A DNA stretch of 64,000 bases from contig JAKBJU010000007.1 in NCBI GenBank assembly GCA_021835845.1, forward strand, positions 9,559-73,558, written 5' to 3'. Below are positions 51,310 to 60,660 of the stretch, one piece after another (within the stretch, counting starts at the first letter, position 1; each line of letters opens with the position of its first letter). This stretch comes from Pseudomonadota bacterium. GTDB lineage: Bacteria; Pseudomonadota; Gammaproteobacteria; Burkholderiales; JABEVD01. A program made the position numbers and the translations under genes. The notes beneath the pieces are model-generated. The model was not told where the DNA came from and searched no databases. It worked only from the letters and a program-made list of their open reading frames with translations.

Positions 51310-51410
51310 GATTCTCGACGGGTTTCAGAGCAGGCTAATTTGCGCAAGCAAGTTATGCCGCAACTAAAACCCGTCACCCTGAGCCCCGGATCGATCCCCA
51401 GGATGCGCAT
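51306..51410 (-). other. Duplicated ruvC 5' fragment forming a 34-aa mini-ORF with a hairpin
   Basis: 30 identical bp (51366-51395 = 51253-51282). Reads [34 protein letters not shown], with its TGA overlapping the ruvC ATG. Confidence 0.8.
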
Positions 51411-51412
51411 CT

Positions 51413-52138
51413 TCAGTCCTCGATCACCGCCGTGGTGTAGACTTCCTGCACATCGTCCAGGTTCTCGAGGGCGTCCAGCAGCTTCTGCATTTTTACCGCA
51501 TCGTCCCCTGAAAAAACCGTTTCGTTCTCCGGGCGCATCGTCACGTCCGCATGCTCGGGTTTGATTCCGGCATTTTCCAGCGCAGCCTTCACCGCCGCGA
51601 AATCCTGCGGGGAAGTGATCACCTCGAAGCTGCCGTCGTCATGGCTCATCACGTCTTCCGCCCCGGCATCCAGCGCGACTTCGAAGAGCTTTTCCTCATC
51701 CGTTTCGGGGGAAAAGACCAGCTGTCCGCAATGCCTGAAGAGAAAGGCAACCGACCCGTCCGTGCCGAGATTCCCCCCGAACTTCGTGAAGGCGTGGCGC
51801 ACGTCGGCCACCGTCCTCACCCGGTTGTCGGTCAGGCAGTCGACCATCACGGCGGCCCCGTTGATGCCGTAGCCCTCGTAGCGGATTTCCTCGTAATTGA
51901 CGCCTTCCATGTCGCCCGTGCCCCGCTTGATGGCGCGCTCGACATTGTCCTTGGGCATGTTGTTGTCGTAAGCCTTGTCGACTGCGAGCCTCAGCCTCGG
52001 GTTGGAAGCGACATCCCCCCCTCCGAGCTTCGCCGCAACGGTGATTTCCTTGATGAGCCGGGTGAATATCTTGCCGCGCTTGGCGTCAGTCGCCGCCTTC
52101 TTGTGCTTGATGTTCGCCCATTTGGAATGTCCTGCCAT
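51413..52138 (-). CDS. yebC: YebC/PmpR family protein
   Basis: [29 protein letters not shown]. Confidence 0.96.
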   Translation of the reverse strand: MAGHSKWANIKHKKAATDAKRGKIFTRLIKEITVAAKLGGGDVASNPRLRLAVDKAYDNNMPKDNVERAIKRGTGDMEGVNYEEIRYEGYGINGAAVMVDCLTDNRVRTVADVRHAFTKFGGNLGTDGSVAFLFRHCGQLVFSPETDEEKLFEVALDAGAEDVMSHDDGSFEVITSPQDFAAVKAALENAGIKPEHADVTMRPENETVFSGDDAVKMQKLLDALENLDDVQEVYTTAVIED

Positions 52139-52189
52139 GATGCTTTCCCGAATCAAAACTCGATTCTACCACCTTTGCCCTGCACGGGC

Positions 52190-53212
52190 TCAGGCCGAAA
52201 TGCGCCATGCGACCTTTCCCCCGGCCCTGAGCGGAATCAGCGATTCGCCGCCGAAGGAATAGGATTCCGGCACCTCCCATGATTCCCTGGAGAGTACGAT
52301 CTTTTTCCGGTTTCTCGGCAGGCCGTAGAAATCCGCGCCGTGAAAACTGGCAAAGGCTTCCAGCCGGGGAAGCGCGCCTGCCTCCTCGAATGCTTCCGCA
52401 TAGAACTCGATTCCCCCATGGGAAGTGTAGATTCCGGCGCAGCCGCAGGAAGATTCCTTGGCGGATTTCGAGTGCGGGGCGCTGTCCGTGCCGAGAAAGA
52501 ATTTCGGATTCCCCGAAATTGCGGCTTCCAGCAAGGCCCGCCTGTGGGTTTCCCGCTTCAGAACGGGGAGGCAGTAATGGTGCGGGCGAATGCCTCCGAC
52601 AAACATGGCATTCCTGTTCATCAGCAGATGATGCGCCGTGAGGGTTGCGCCCATGCCGTTTTCCTTCACGTATTCCACCGCATCCCGGGTGGTGATGTGC
52701 TCGAAGACGACTTTCAGCTTCGGATGGCGCTGCATGAGGGGGCCGAGCACCCGGTCGATGAATGCCTTTTCCCTGTCGAACACGTCCACAATCGGATCGG
52801 TGACTTCCCCGTGGACCAGCAGCGGCATGCCGCATGCAGACATGGCCTCCAATGCGTCATGGCATTTGCGGATGTCGGTGACCCCCGAATCGGAATGGGT
52901 GGTGGCCCCCGCAGGATAGTATTTGACCGCATGCACGATGCCGCTCTTTTTTGCCCTGGCCATTTCTTCGGAGGGAGTGTTGTCGGTCAGGTAGAGCGTC
53001 ATCAGGGGCTCGAAATCCGATCCTTGCGGCAGCGCATCGATTATCCTTTGCCTGTAGGCAGCGGCATCCGCAGTATTCAATACGGGCGGCCTCAGGTTCG
53101 GCATGACGATGGCGCGGCCGAAGCGGCTCGCGGTGTGCTGCAGCACGTCCCGCATTGCGAGTCCGTCCCGCAGGTGGAGGTGCCAGTCGTCGGGCTGGGT
53201 GAGGGTCAGCAT
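52190..53212 (-). CDS. pyrC: Dihydroorotase (homodimeric type)
   Basis: [27 protein letters not shown]. Confidence 0.97.
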   Translation of the reverse strand: MLTLTQPDDWHLHLRDGLAMRDVLQHTASRFGRAIVMPNLRPPVLNTADAAAYRQRIIDALPQGSDFEPLMTLYLTDNTPSEEMARAKKSGIVHAVKYYPAGATTHSDSGVTDIRKCHDALEAMSACGMPLLVHGEVTDPIVDVFDREKAFIDRVLGPLMQRHPKLKVVFEHITTRDAVEYVKENGMGATLTAHHLLMNRNAMFVGGIRPHHYCLPVLKRETHRRALLEAAISGNPKFFLGTDSAPHSKSAKESSCGCAGIYTSHGGIEFYAEAFEEAGALPRLEAFASFHGADFYGLPRNRKKIVLSRESWEVPESYSFGGESLIPLRAGGKVAWRISA

Positions 53213-53261
53213 TGTCGCTTCTCCATGACAAAGCGGCATTTTACACCTATTACGCCTTTCC

Positions 53262-53290
53262 TTGACATTCTCCGGCAGGTAGCGTAAAAA
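53262..53290 (+). promoter_or_regulatory. Sigma-70 promoter of the cold-shock gene
   Basis: TTGACA-N17-TAAAAA, giving a ~110-nt 5' UTR, as is typical of csp genes. Confidence 0.6.
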
Positions 53291-53404
53291 CCCATTGTGC
53301 TCGGCTTCAAGGTTTTATGCGGTCTTTGTCGTATGCGGTCTTGAAACCTGGTCATCGATTCGGGTTTCTCCCGGTTTTTTCATTACGGCAAGGATTATAA
53401 AGTC

Positions 53405-53608
53405 ATGGCAACAGGTACAGTAAAGTGGTTCAACGATTCCAAGGGCTTCGGTTTCGTGACCCCGGACGACGGCAGCGAAGATCTTTTCGCGCATTTTTCC
53501 GCAATCAACATGGACGGCTTCAAGACGCTCAAGGAAGGCCAGAAAGTGAGCTTCGAAGTCACCCAGGGCCCCAAGGGCAAGCAGGCTTCCAACATCAGGG
53601 CAGCCTGA
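53405..53608 (+). CDS. Cold-shock protein (CspA family)
   Basis: GTVKWFN..KGFGF, FAHFSAI. Confidence 0.97.
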   Translation: MATGTVKWFNDSKGFGFVTPDDGSEDLFAHFSAINMDGFKTLKEGQKVSFEVTQGPKGKQASNIRAA

Positions 53609-53626
53609 CCTTCCGGGTCTGAAATG

Positions 53627-53659
53627 AAGCCCGTCACCTGAAAAGGTGACGGGCTTTTT
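53627..53659 (+). terminator. Intrinsic terminator after csp
   Basis: AAGCCCGTCACCT-GAAA-AGGTGACGGGCTT then TTT. Confidence 0.85.
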
Positions 53660-54728
53660 AACTGGCCCTGACAGGGAGAACATCATCCGGAATCGATTCA
53701 CCGCGCAATGGCTTTTCGGGGCATCCGTCCTGCTCCTTGCGCTCTGGCTGATCCACAGTTACCTCCCCGCCCTCGCCTGGGCGGGCATCATCGCCCTTGC
53801 CAGCTGGCCGCTCTATGAAAGGTTCGTCTCCCGCCTGCCGGCGAAAGCAAGACGCTGGGCGCCGCTCCTTTTCACATCGCTGGTTGCGCTGCTTTTTCTC
53901 GGGCCGCTCGCCTACATCCTGCTCGTTCTGGGCGGAGAAGCGAGCCTGCTCGCCAGACTGCTTCTGGAAGCGCAGACGCACGGACTGGCACCTCCCGCCT
54001 GGGTAGGGCGCATCCCCTTCGCCGGAGAATCGATACTCTCCTGGTGGAACGCGGTTCTGGCAAATCCCGGAGGCTTCGCCATCTGGTTCCAGAAGATCGG
54101 ACAGGGTGCGGTTCTCGGCTGGGTCAGGCTGTTCGGCGCGGAAATGCTGCACCGCTCCCTGATCCTGCTGTTCGCCCTGCTTTCGCTCTATTTCCTCTAC
54201 CGTGACGGCGAAATGCTCGCCATGCGCCTGCTCTCCCTGATCCAGAGGCACCTCGGGCAGCCCGGAACGCACCACGCGAAGCGGGCGGTGGACACCATAC
54301 GCGGCACGGTCAACGGGCTGATCCTGGTGGGACTCGCGGAAGGCATCCTGCTGGGTCTGGCCTACCGGATCGCAGGACTCCCCTCCCCTGCACTCTGGGG
54401 GGCGCTCACGGGGCTGCTGGCCGTCATTCCTTTCGGCATGCCGGCGCTTTACGGCGCAGCCTCCCTGATCCTGTTCGCCCAGGGGAATCAGACCATGGCG
54501 CTCATCATCCTGATCTGGGGAACGCTGGTGATGCTGGTCTCGGACCATGTGGTGAGGCCCATGCTGATCGGCGATTCGGCGAAGCTCCCCCTCATCTGGA
54601 TTCTTCTCGGCATACTGGGCGGAATAGAGACGCTCGGCCTGCTGGGCATTTTCCTCGGACCTGTCGTCATGGCGACGCTGGTATCGCTCTGGCGCGAATG
54701 GACCCATGTTCGAGATCATCCTGTTTGA
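53646..54728 (+). CDS. AI-2E family transporter (start uncertain)
   Basis: Polytopic; FLYRDG, DHVVRPMLIG, GLLGIFLGPVV. Confidence 0.9.
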   Translation: MTGFLTGPDRENIIRNRFTAQWLFGASVLLLALWLIHSYLPALAWAGIIALASWPLYERFVSRLPAKARRWAPLLFTSLVALLFLGPLAYILLVLGGEASLLARLLLEAQTHGLAPPAWVGRIPFAGESILSWWNAVLANPGGFAIWFQKIGQGAVLGWVRLFGAEMLHRSLILLFALLSLYFLYRDGEMLAMRLLSLIQRHLGQPGTHHAKRAVDTIRGTVNGLILVGLAEGILLGLAYRIAGLPSPALWGALTGLLAVIPFGMPALYGAASLILFAQGNQTMALIILIWGTLVMLVSDHVVRPMLIGDSAKLPLIWILLGILGGIETLGLLGIFLGPVVMATLVSLWREWTHVRDHPV

Positions 54729-55170
54729 ACCGGAAATCCCGCCCAACACCGGCAACATCATCAGGCTCTGCGCCAATTCGGGAACGGCTCTCAACCTGGT
54801 CGAGCCGCTCGGCTTCAGGCTCGACGACAGGCAGCTGAGAAGGGCCGGGCTCGACTATCACGAATTCGCCAACATCAGGGTCCACCCAAGCTGGGAATGC
54901 TGCATGGCGCATTTCCCGGAAAAGCGGCTTTTCGCATTGACCACCCGAGGGAAAGTGCGCCACGACCGCGTCTCCTACCGGCCGGGGGACGTTTTCGTTT
55001 TCGGCCCGGAATCGAGGGGATTGCCGGAATCCGTGCTCGATTCATTCCAGGACGAACACCGCATCAGGATTCCGATGCTTCCCCACAGCCGCAGCCTCAA
55101 TCTTTCCAATGCAGCGGCAGTAGTGATTTTCGAGGCATGGCGCCAAACGGGTTACGCAGGGGGGGGATGA
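54706..55170 (+). CDS. trmL: tRNA (cytidine/uridine-34-2'-O)-methyltransferase
   Basis: PEIPPNTGNIIR, RRAGLDY, FGPESRGL, RSLNLSN. Confidence 0.96.
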   Translation: MFEIILFEPEIPPNTGNIIRLCANSGTALNLVEPLGFRLDDRQLRRAGLDYHEFANIRVHPSWECCMAHFPEKRLFALTTRGKVRHDRVSYRPGDVFVFGPESRGLPESVLDSFQDEHRIRIPMLPHSRSLNLSNAAAVVIFEAWRQTGYAGGG

Positions 55171-55257
55171 CCATCGCCCATCCGGGCTATTTTCCCGCTC
55201 AAATGAAAGGGCTACAGTCAATCGGAGGACTTTTACCCACCTTCAGACGGGGATCAA

Positions 55258-56160
55258 ATGAGCGCGATACGGAAAGGTTTTGCAGGACTCTTGCTGGCAC
55301 TGGGACTCGGAGCGGCGCACGCCGATGATGCGCTGTTGAAGCCCTTCATCCTGGGCTCGAAGGGGCCGGGGGAGGTGGCCGCAAAAGCGGATGCGGCGAA
55401 GAATGCGCTGGCAGCCCAGGGCTTCACCCTGGCCGGCAGCTACACGCCCTATCCCGACACCACGATACTGGTGGTGACGAACGACGAACTCAAAAGGAAT
55501 GCGGCCCAGTCCGAGCACGGCGGCTTCGGCGCGATGGAGCGCGTTTCGGTCGTCAAGGCCGGGGGAGAGGTGCAGGTTTCCTACACCAACCCGGTTTACA
55601 TGGCGAATGCCTACCGCATGCAGGGCGACCTCAGGGATGTCGCCGCGAAAATGCAGGCAGCCCTCGGCAGAATCGAGGAATTCGGGGCGAAGGGACTGAC
55701 CGCATCGCAATTGCGCAAATACCATTACATGTTCGGCATGGAATATTTCAACGAGCCCAGCACGCTTGCCGAATACGGCAGCTACAATGACGCGGTGAAG
55801 GCCGTCGAAGCCGGGCTTGCCGCAGGCAGGGGCGGCGTCACCAAGGTCTACCGGATCGACATCCCGGGCAAGCAGGAATCGGTTTTCGGCGTGGCGATGA
55901 AGGGGGCGGGCGACAACAGGGCCATGGACGACCGGTACATCATGAGCGAGATCGACTTCAAGGATCTCAAGTCGGCCGCGCACCTTCCCTACGAGATGCT
56001 GGTGTCCGGAAACAAGGTCTATGCGCTCTACGCGCGCTTTCGCATCGCCATCGATTTTCCCGACCTTTCCATGATGGGCTCCCACAGCTTCGTGAACATC
56101 ATGAGTTCTCCGGAAGCGATCCGCAAGGCGCTGACCCTGGCAGCGGGCGGCAAGGGCTGA
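55258..56160 (+). CDS. Secreted hypothetical protein
   Basis: Signal peptide (..AAHA/DD) and host-like codon usage. No family recognised with confidence. Confidence 0.8.
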   Translation: MSAIRKGFAGLLLALGLGAAHADDALLKPFILGSKGPGEVAAKADAAKNALAAQGFTLAGSYTPYPDTTILVVTNDELKRNAAQSEHGGFGAMERVSVVKAGGEVQVSYTNPVYMANAYRMQGDLRDVAAKMQAALGRIEEFGAKGLTASQLRKYHYMFGMEYFNEPSTLAEYGSYNDAVKAVEAGLAAGRGGVTKVYRIDIPGKQESVFGVAMKGAGDNRAMDDRYIMSEIDFKDLKSAAHLPYEMLVSGNKVYALYARFRIAIDFPDLSMMGSHSFVNIMSSPEAIRKALTLAAGGKG

Positions 56161-56161
56161 T

Positions 56162-57154
56162 TCAGCGGGCGTTCTCGGCCTTCGAGTCGCGCTTCATGAG
56201 TTCTTCCACCGCATCCCTGGCGGGGACCCCTTCGTAGAGCACCGAACATACCGCCTGGGCGATGGGCATCTCGACTTCCTGGCTTTTCGCGAGATCGCAG
56301 ACTTCCCTCGCCGTATAGACGCCTTCGGCCGTCGAACCCAGCTCGGCGAGAATGGCTTCCAGGGGCTTTCCCCCGGCGAGCTCGATGCCCACGCGCCTGT
56401 TCCTGGAAAGATCCCCGGTGCAGGTGAGAGTCAAGTCCCCCACGCCCGACAACCCGAGGAAGGTCTCCATTTTCCCGCCGAGCTTCAGCCCGAGGCGCGT
56501 GATCTCGGCAAGTCCTCTCGTGATGAGGGCGGCCCTGGCATTCAGGCCCAGTTCGAGCCCGTCGGAGATGCCTGCCGCGATCGCCATCACGTTCTTGACC
56601 GCCCCGCCCACTTCCACCCCGATCAGGTCTGTCGAGGAATAGATGCGGATGCGCTGGCTGTGCAGGGCGGCTGCCGTTTTCGATGCGAAAACAGGGTCGT
56701 TTGATGCCAGGGTGAGCGCGGCCGGCAATCCATGCGCGACCTCCATTGCGAAACTCGGTCCCGAAAGCGCCCCGACCGGGGCGATTTCATCGTATTCCTC
56801 GAGCGCAACCTGGTGGGGGAACTTGGCCGTTCCAGATTCGAATCCTTTCGAAACCCATATGACGGGAACCCTGCTGCCGGAGGCCACGATCATCCTGAAA
56901 ACCTGCCTCATCCCCGACATGGGCACGGCGATCATCGCAAGATCCACCCCGCTGACCGCCTCGTCGAAGTCATTCGAAACATGGATACCTTTGGGCAGGC
57001 GGATGCCGTCGAGATGGCGCCTGTTGATTCCGGTCGAGGCCATATCCCGGTAATGGGAAGGATCTCTGACCCAGAGCGTCACCCGATGGCGGGAAGAAAA
57101 GCCGATCGCGAGGGCCGTTCCCCAGGCGCCGGCCCCGAGAATGGCAATCTTCAT
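56162..57154 (-). CDS. gpsA: NAD(P)H-dependent glycerol-3-phosphate dehydrogenase
   Basis: GAGAWGTA, GGAVKNV, GDLTLTCTGDLSRN. Confidence 0.97.
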   Translation of the reverse strand: MKIAILGAGAWGTALAIGFSSRHRVTLWVRDPSHYRDMASTGINRRHLDGIRLPKGIHVSNDFDEAVSGVDLAMIAVPMSGMRQVFRMIVASGSRVPVIWVSKGFESGTAKFPHQVALEEYDEIAPVGALSGPSFAMEVAHGLPAALTLASNDPVFASKTAAALHSQRIRIYSSTDLIGVEVGGAVKNVMAIAAGISDGLELGLNARAALITRGLAEITRLGLKLGGKMETFLGLSGVGDLTLTCTGDLSRNRRVGIELAGGKPLEAILAELGSTAEGVYTAREVCDLAKSQEVEMPIAQAVCSVLYEGVPARDAVEELMKRDSKAENAR

Positions 57155-57585
57155 CCGCCCCAGACCTGGCTCGCCTTCACAAAACCGCCCTGGCCGTCCT
57201 GGTGCTGTACGCCGATCCAGCCATTGGCAGGCGGCACGGAAATTTCGAGCAGAACCCCGTTTTTGGCCTGAAACACGAGCGGCGAGTCATCGGATGCAGC
57301 CTGCCTGATATCCGCAACCGGGACCGAAACCAGGGCGTAATGCTTGTCCCCGAGCATGGACTTTTCCACCCAGAACAGCTTGCCGGTTTTGTCCCGCACC
57401 TTCACCCAGTTTTTCAGGACCACCATCTGTTCGAGCGGATAATGGGGGCTCAGCACGAAAAGCCTGTTCGCCTTCATGGAAGGCGCATCGTAGAGTATCG
57501 CAGGCTGGTCCCCGACGGAAACGAAATTCTGGGAAAAGGCCGCCCCGCAGAATCCGAACAGGAGCAGGAAAACGATGCGGTTCAT
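57151..57585 (-). CDS. Secreted tandem SH3-domain protein
   Basis: Signal peptide, WVKVRD..G..WV, conserved position between secB and gpsA. Confidence 0.85.
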   Translation of the reverse strand: MNRIVFLLLFGFCGAAFSQNFVSVGDQPAILYDAPSMKANRLFVLSPHYPLEQMVVLKNWVKVRDKTGKLFWVEKSMLGDKHYALVSVPVADIRQAASDDSPLVFQAKNGVLLEISVPPANGWIGVQHQDGQGGFVKASQVWGG

Positions 57586-57586
57586 T

Positions 57587-58048
57587 TCAATGCGTTTGGT
57601 GCTCTTGCTCTTGCTCGGCCTGGGCCTGCTGGCGCTGCTGGTAAAGTGCCTCGAAGCTCATCGGACTCAGGATGACCGGCAGGAAGCCAGCGCGCGTAAT
57701 GACGTCTGAAACCGTTTCCCTCGCATAGGGGAAAAGGATGTTGGGGCAGGTGATGCCGAGTATCGGCTCGACATCGGCAGCGGGGACATTCTGGATCTGG
57801 AAGATGCCCGCCTGCGCGACTTCGACCAGGAAAAGCGTCTTCTCGGTAAGCTTCGCCGTGACGGTGACAGTCAGGATGGCCTCGTAAATGTTGTCTGCAA
57901 CCGGCTTCCCCTCGGTATGCAGCTGGATGTCGATCTGGGGTGATTCGCGCTCCAGGAAGATCTGGGGGGCATGGGGGATTTCGAGGGAAAGATCCTTGAC
58001 GTAAATCTTCTCTATCGCAAACACGGGTTGCTGTTCTTCGCTCATCAT
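57587..58048 (-). CDS. secB: Protein-export chaperone SecB
   Basis: [20 protein letters not shown]. Confidence 0.97.
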   Translation of the reverse strand: MMSEEQQPVFAIEKIYVKDLSLEIPHAPQIFLERESPQIDIQLHTEGKPVADNIYEAILTVTVTAKLTEKTLFLVEVAQAGIFQIQNVPAADVEPILGITCPNILFPYARETVSDVITRAGFLPVILSPMSFEALYQQRQQAQAEQEQEHQTH

Positions 58049-58314
58049 TATTCCTGTTCTAGCAGTTCGTTTAATTTTCCGGCACGGTCGAGCGCCGCGA
58101 GATCGTCATAGCCGCCGACATGATAATCCATGATGTAGATCTGCGGAACGGTGCGCCTGCCGGTTTTTTCCATCATTTCAGCCCTGACCGCAGGATCGAG
58201 ATCGACCCTGATCTTTTCGATCTCGGTCACGCCCTTCGATTTCAGAAGGCGTTCTGCCATCGAGCAATAGGGACACACGGCAGTGCAGTACATCCTGACC
58301 TTGGGCATGCTCAT
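58048..58314 (-). CDS. grxC: Glutaredoxin 3
   Basis: CPYC, TVPQI, GGYDDL. Confidence 0.95.
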   Translation of the reverse strand: MSMPKVRMYCTAVCPYCSMAERLLKSKGVTEIEKIRVDLDPAVRAEMMEKTGRRTVPQIYIMDYHVGGYDDLAALDRAGKLNELLEQE

Positions 58315-58721
58315 TTCTCCACCGGAAGCTTGGCACCCTCCCAGGAGAGAATTCCCCCCTTGAGGTTGTGGACCTTGCCGAAACCCCGCTTCGACAATAA
58401 CACACAAACGCTGGACGATCTAGCGCCGCTCCTGCAATAGACGACGATCGGCCTGTCCTTCAGATTCTCGATCTCGCCGATTCGCTCGTTGACCTTCCCG
58501 GACGGGATATGCCTGGCATTGTGCAGATGCCCGGCGGCATATTCGTGGTGCTCGCGCACGTCGAGAATGGCGGCATCCTGATGGTTGATCAGATTGACCG
58601 CTTCGACGGTGTCGATTTCCGGAAAATTGACGAACAGTTTTCTGAAATAAGGCCAGAGCAGCATGAGTCCGCTGAAGCATGCCGCCAGAAAAAGCGGCAG
58701 ATTACTGGTGATGAAATGCAA
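58311..58721 (-). CDS. Membrane-anchored rhodanese (YibN-like)
   Basis: N-terminal TM, DVRE..EY..GH, CRSGAR, LKGG..W. Confidence 0.9.
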   Translation of the reverse strand: MHFITSNLPLFLAACFSGLMLLWPYFRKLFVNFPEIDTVEAVNLINHQDAAILDVREHHEYAAGHLHNARHIPSGKVNERIGEIENLKDRPIVVYCRSGARSSSVCVLLSKRGFGKVHNLKGGILSWEGAKLPVEK

Positions 58722-60438
58722 AGTTTCGCTCCTTCAGTTTCAATTTCACTTCCTCGACGAGGGGTTCGAATTTCCCCGGTTCTTTCCCGGCCAGATCCGA
58801 ATAAAGATCCAGGGCATCTTCGAGCAGATCGGGGTCGGACGAAGCCGCCCGTCGGATTTCCAGCTTCGCCGCAGCCTCCCTGCCGGCAAGCGCGAGCAGC
58901 GCCGCGCGCCTGTAGACAAGCATTCCGGAAGGCGAAAAATGCAGCGCCCGGCGGCTCAGCCTGAGCTTGTCGTCGAGGTTTGTCTCGTCGACAGGCAACA
59001 TCTCGGCCATCGGGTATTCGACATAGGGAACGAGCAGCGTTCCCTTCCTGAAGCGGTAAAGCGCATCGTAAAGCGCAGCCGGCCTGAGGGGCGGCTTTCC
59101 ATTATGATAACTTGGATAGAGCAATCCTTCCAAATCGAGATAATCCTTCATCAATCCTGCCATCAAGTAGCTTCCGGCAGCCAGCAGGAGAATCGTGACG
59201 CCCTGCGCGCCAGGCAGGCGCAGCGAGCGGGCCTCTCCCATGCCGAGTAAAAGCATGAAAATCCCGAGAAAATGCGCATACCAGAGGGGATATTCGTCCA
59301 GGCTGTGCAGCGCGATGACCAGCAGCACCGCGAAAAGCCACCAGGCATGGATGTCGAATGCGATGTCGATGCGCCTTGCCCAGAAGAAAATCCCCCCGAA
59401 TACCAGCAGGACTCCCGCAAGCCCGGTCTCGGCAAGCAGATGGAACGCAATGTCATGGGCATTGCTGTACAGCCCCGTGATCTGCGGATCGTTGAATGCC
59501 GGACCGTACCCGAAATGATGCCAGGCGAACTGGCCGAATCCCACCCCGAGCAGGGGGCTCTTCAGGAACATCATCCAGGCTTCGCGCCAGAGGTAGAACC
59601 GGATGCCGCTGTCCCGCCCGATGACGAGCAGCCTGTCCCCGGAAGTCAGAGTGCCGTGCCCGCCCATGAACGAGAAGTGGGCAAGAAACTGCATCAGGGC
59701 GAAGGCAGGCACCAGGAGCAGCGCAGCGGTCAGCAGCACCCCGTTCCTTTGCCGTCCATGCAAGAGAAGCGCAAGCACGGTCAGCGCAGCGAGGTAGAGC
59801 CAGGCGCTTCTGGAGCCGCTCAAGGCAAGCATGAACAGCAGAAACCCTCCGAGCGGCAATGCGGCAAGCGGGTGAATTTTCCGGGATGCCGCAAGATAGA
59901 GCAGGGACGCTATGGCAAGCGCCGTGTAATCGGAGAAATGGTTCTGCTGGGCAAGGTTGCCGTAAACTCCCCCGGAGGCATCGGGCGTTACAAAGACACC
60001 GAAGGCAGCGTGATCGAAATAGTGCTGCAGCACTGCGGCGACTCCGCTCGCCAGGCCTCCCGCAAGAATGAACCATGCCATGGTCCGGGCGATCTTTTCC
60101 AGCCCGAATTCATCTTTGAGCGCATATCCCAGCATGGCGAGCAGGGCTCCCCAGACGAGATACAGCGAGGCCAGGGCGGCCTGCTGGGGGTAGATCATCC
60201 TGCCGAGCAAGAACTGCACCCAGATGAGCAGCATCAGGGCTAGCGGAACGAGAGACACCAGGGGAAGCCTCGAAAGCCGCCTGCAATTGCAGGCGAGCGC
60301 GCAAATCCCCAGGAAAGCCGCGACCCACTCGGTATAGAAATCGGTGATGGGATAATAATGCTTCCATTGCAGGAAGGGCACAACCCCCATCAACCCGACG
60401 AAAATCAGGCTGAGGCGCGACCAGGAAGCCTGGTTCAA
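58702..60438 (-). CDS. PglL-family O-oligosaccharyltransferase (Wzy_C)
   Basis: GNLAQQNH, SGSRSA, GVGFGQF, AHD...AETG, HSLDEYPLWY. Start is uncertain. Confidence 0.85.
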   Translation of the reverse strand: MNQASWSRLSLIFVGLMGVVPFLQWKHYYPITDFYTEWVAAFLGICALACNCRRLSRLPLVSLVPLALMLLIWVQFLLGRMIYPQQAALASLYLVWGALLAMLGYALKDEFGLEKIARTMAWFILAGGLASGVAAVLQHYFDHAAFGVFVTPDASGGVYGNLAQQNHFSDYTALAIASLLYLAASRKIHPLAALPLGGFLLFMLALSGSRSAWLYLAALTVLALLLHGRQRNGVLLTAALLLVPAFALMQFLAHFSFMGGHGTLTSGDRLLVIGRDSGIRFYLWREAWMMFLKSPLLGVGFGQFAWHHFGYGPAFNDPQITGLYSNAHDIAFHLLAETGLAGVLLVFGGIFFWARRIDIAFDIHAWWLFAVLLVIALHSLDEYPLWYAHFLGIFMLLLGMGEARSLRLPGAQGVTILLLAAGSYLMAGLMKDYLDLEGLLYPSYHNGKPPLRPAALYDALYRFRKGTLLVPYVEYPMAEMLPVDETNLDDKLRLSRRALHFSPSGMLVYRRAALLALAGREAAAKLEIRRAASSDPDLLEDALDLYSDLAGKEPGKFEPLVEEVKLKLKERNFAFHHQ

Positions 60439-60644
60439 CAAGCATCCTTGACGCCGAATTTCCTGAGGATGTTCTCCAGGGGGCAGAAGCGGGTGAAGCC
60501 GCTCTGGAACAGGTTGAATCCGACGAAAGCGGTAAACCAGAGCCATTTCGAGTTCATGAAAAGCGGGCTGCCCTCGGCGCCGAGCGCCAGGGACACCATG
60601 ACGAAAAATCCGGCGACAATTCTAACGATTCGGTTGGTGTTCAT
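60435..60644 (-). CDS. DUF2892 (YgaP-like) small membrane protein
   Basis: R..RIVAG, FVGFNLFQSGFTRFCP. Confidence 0.88.
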   Translation of the reverse strand: MNTNRIVRIVAGFFVMVSLALGAEGSPLFMNSKWLWFTAFVGFNLFQSGFTRFCPLENILRKFGVKDAC

Positions 60645-60660
60645 CAAACATTGCTCCTTG

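Noticed and set aside
51317-51375. Hairpin containing GTTATGC as an integron attC site
   Set aside because: The core-like sites are too close together, and there is no cassette ORF or integron integrase nearby.
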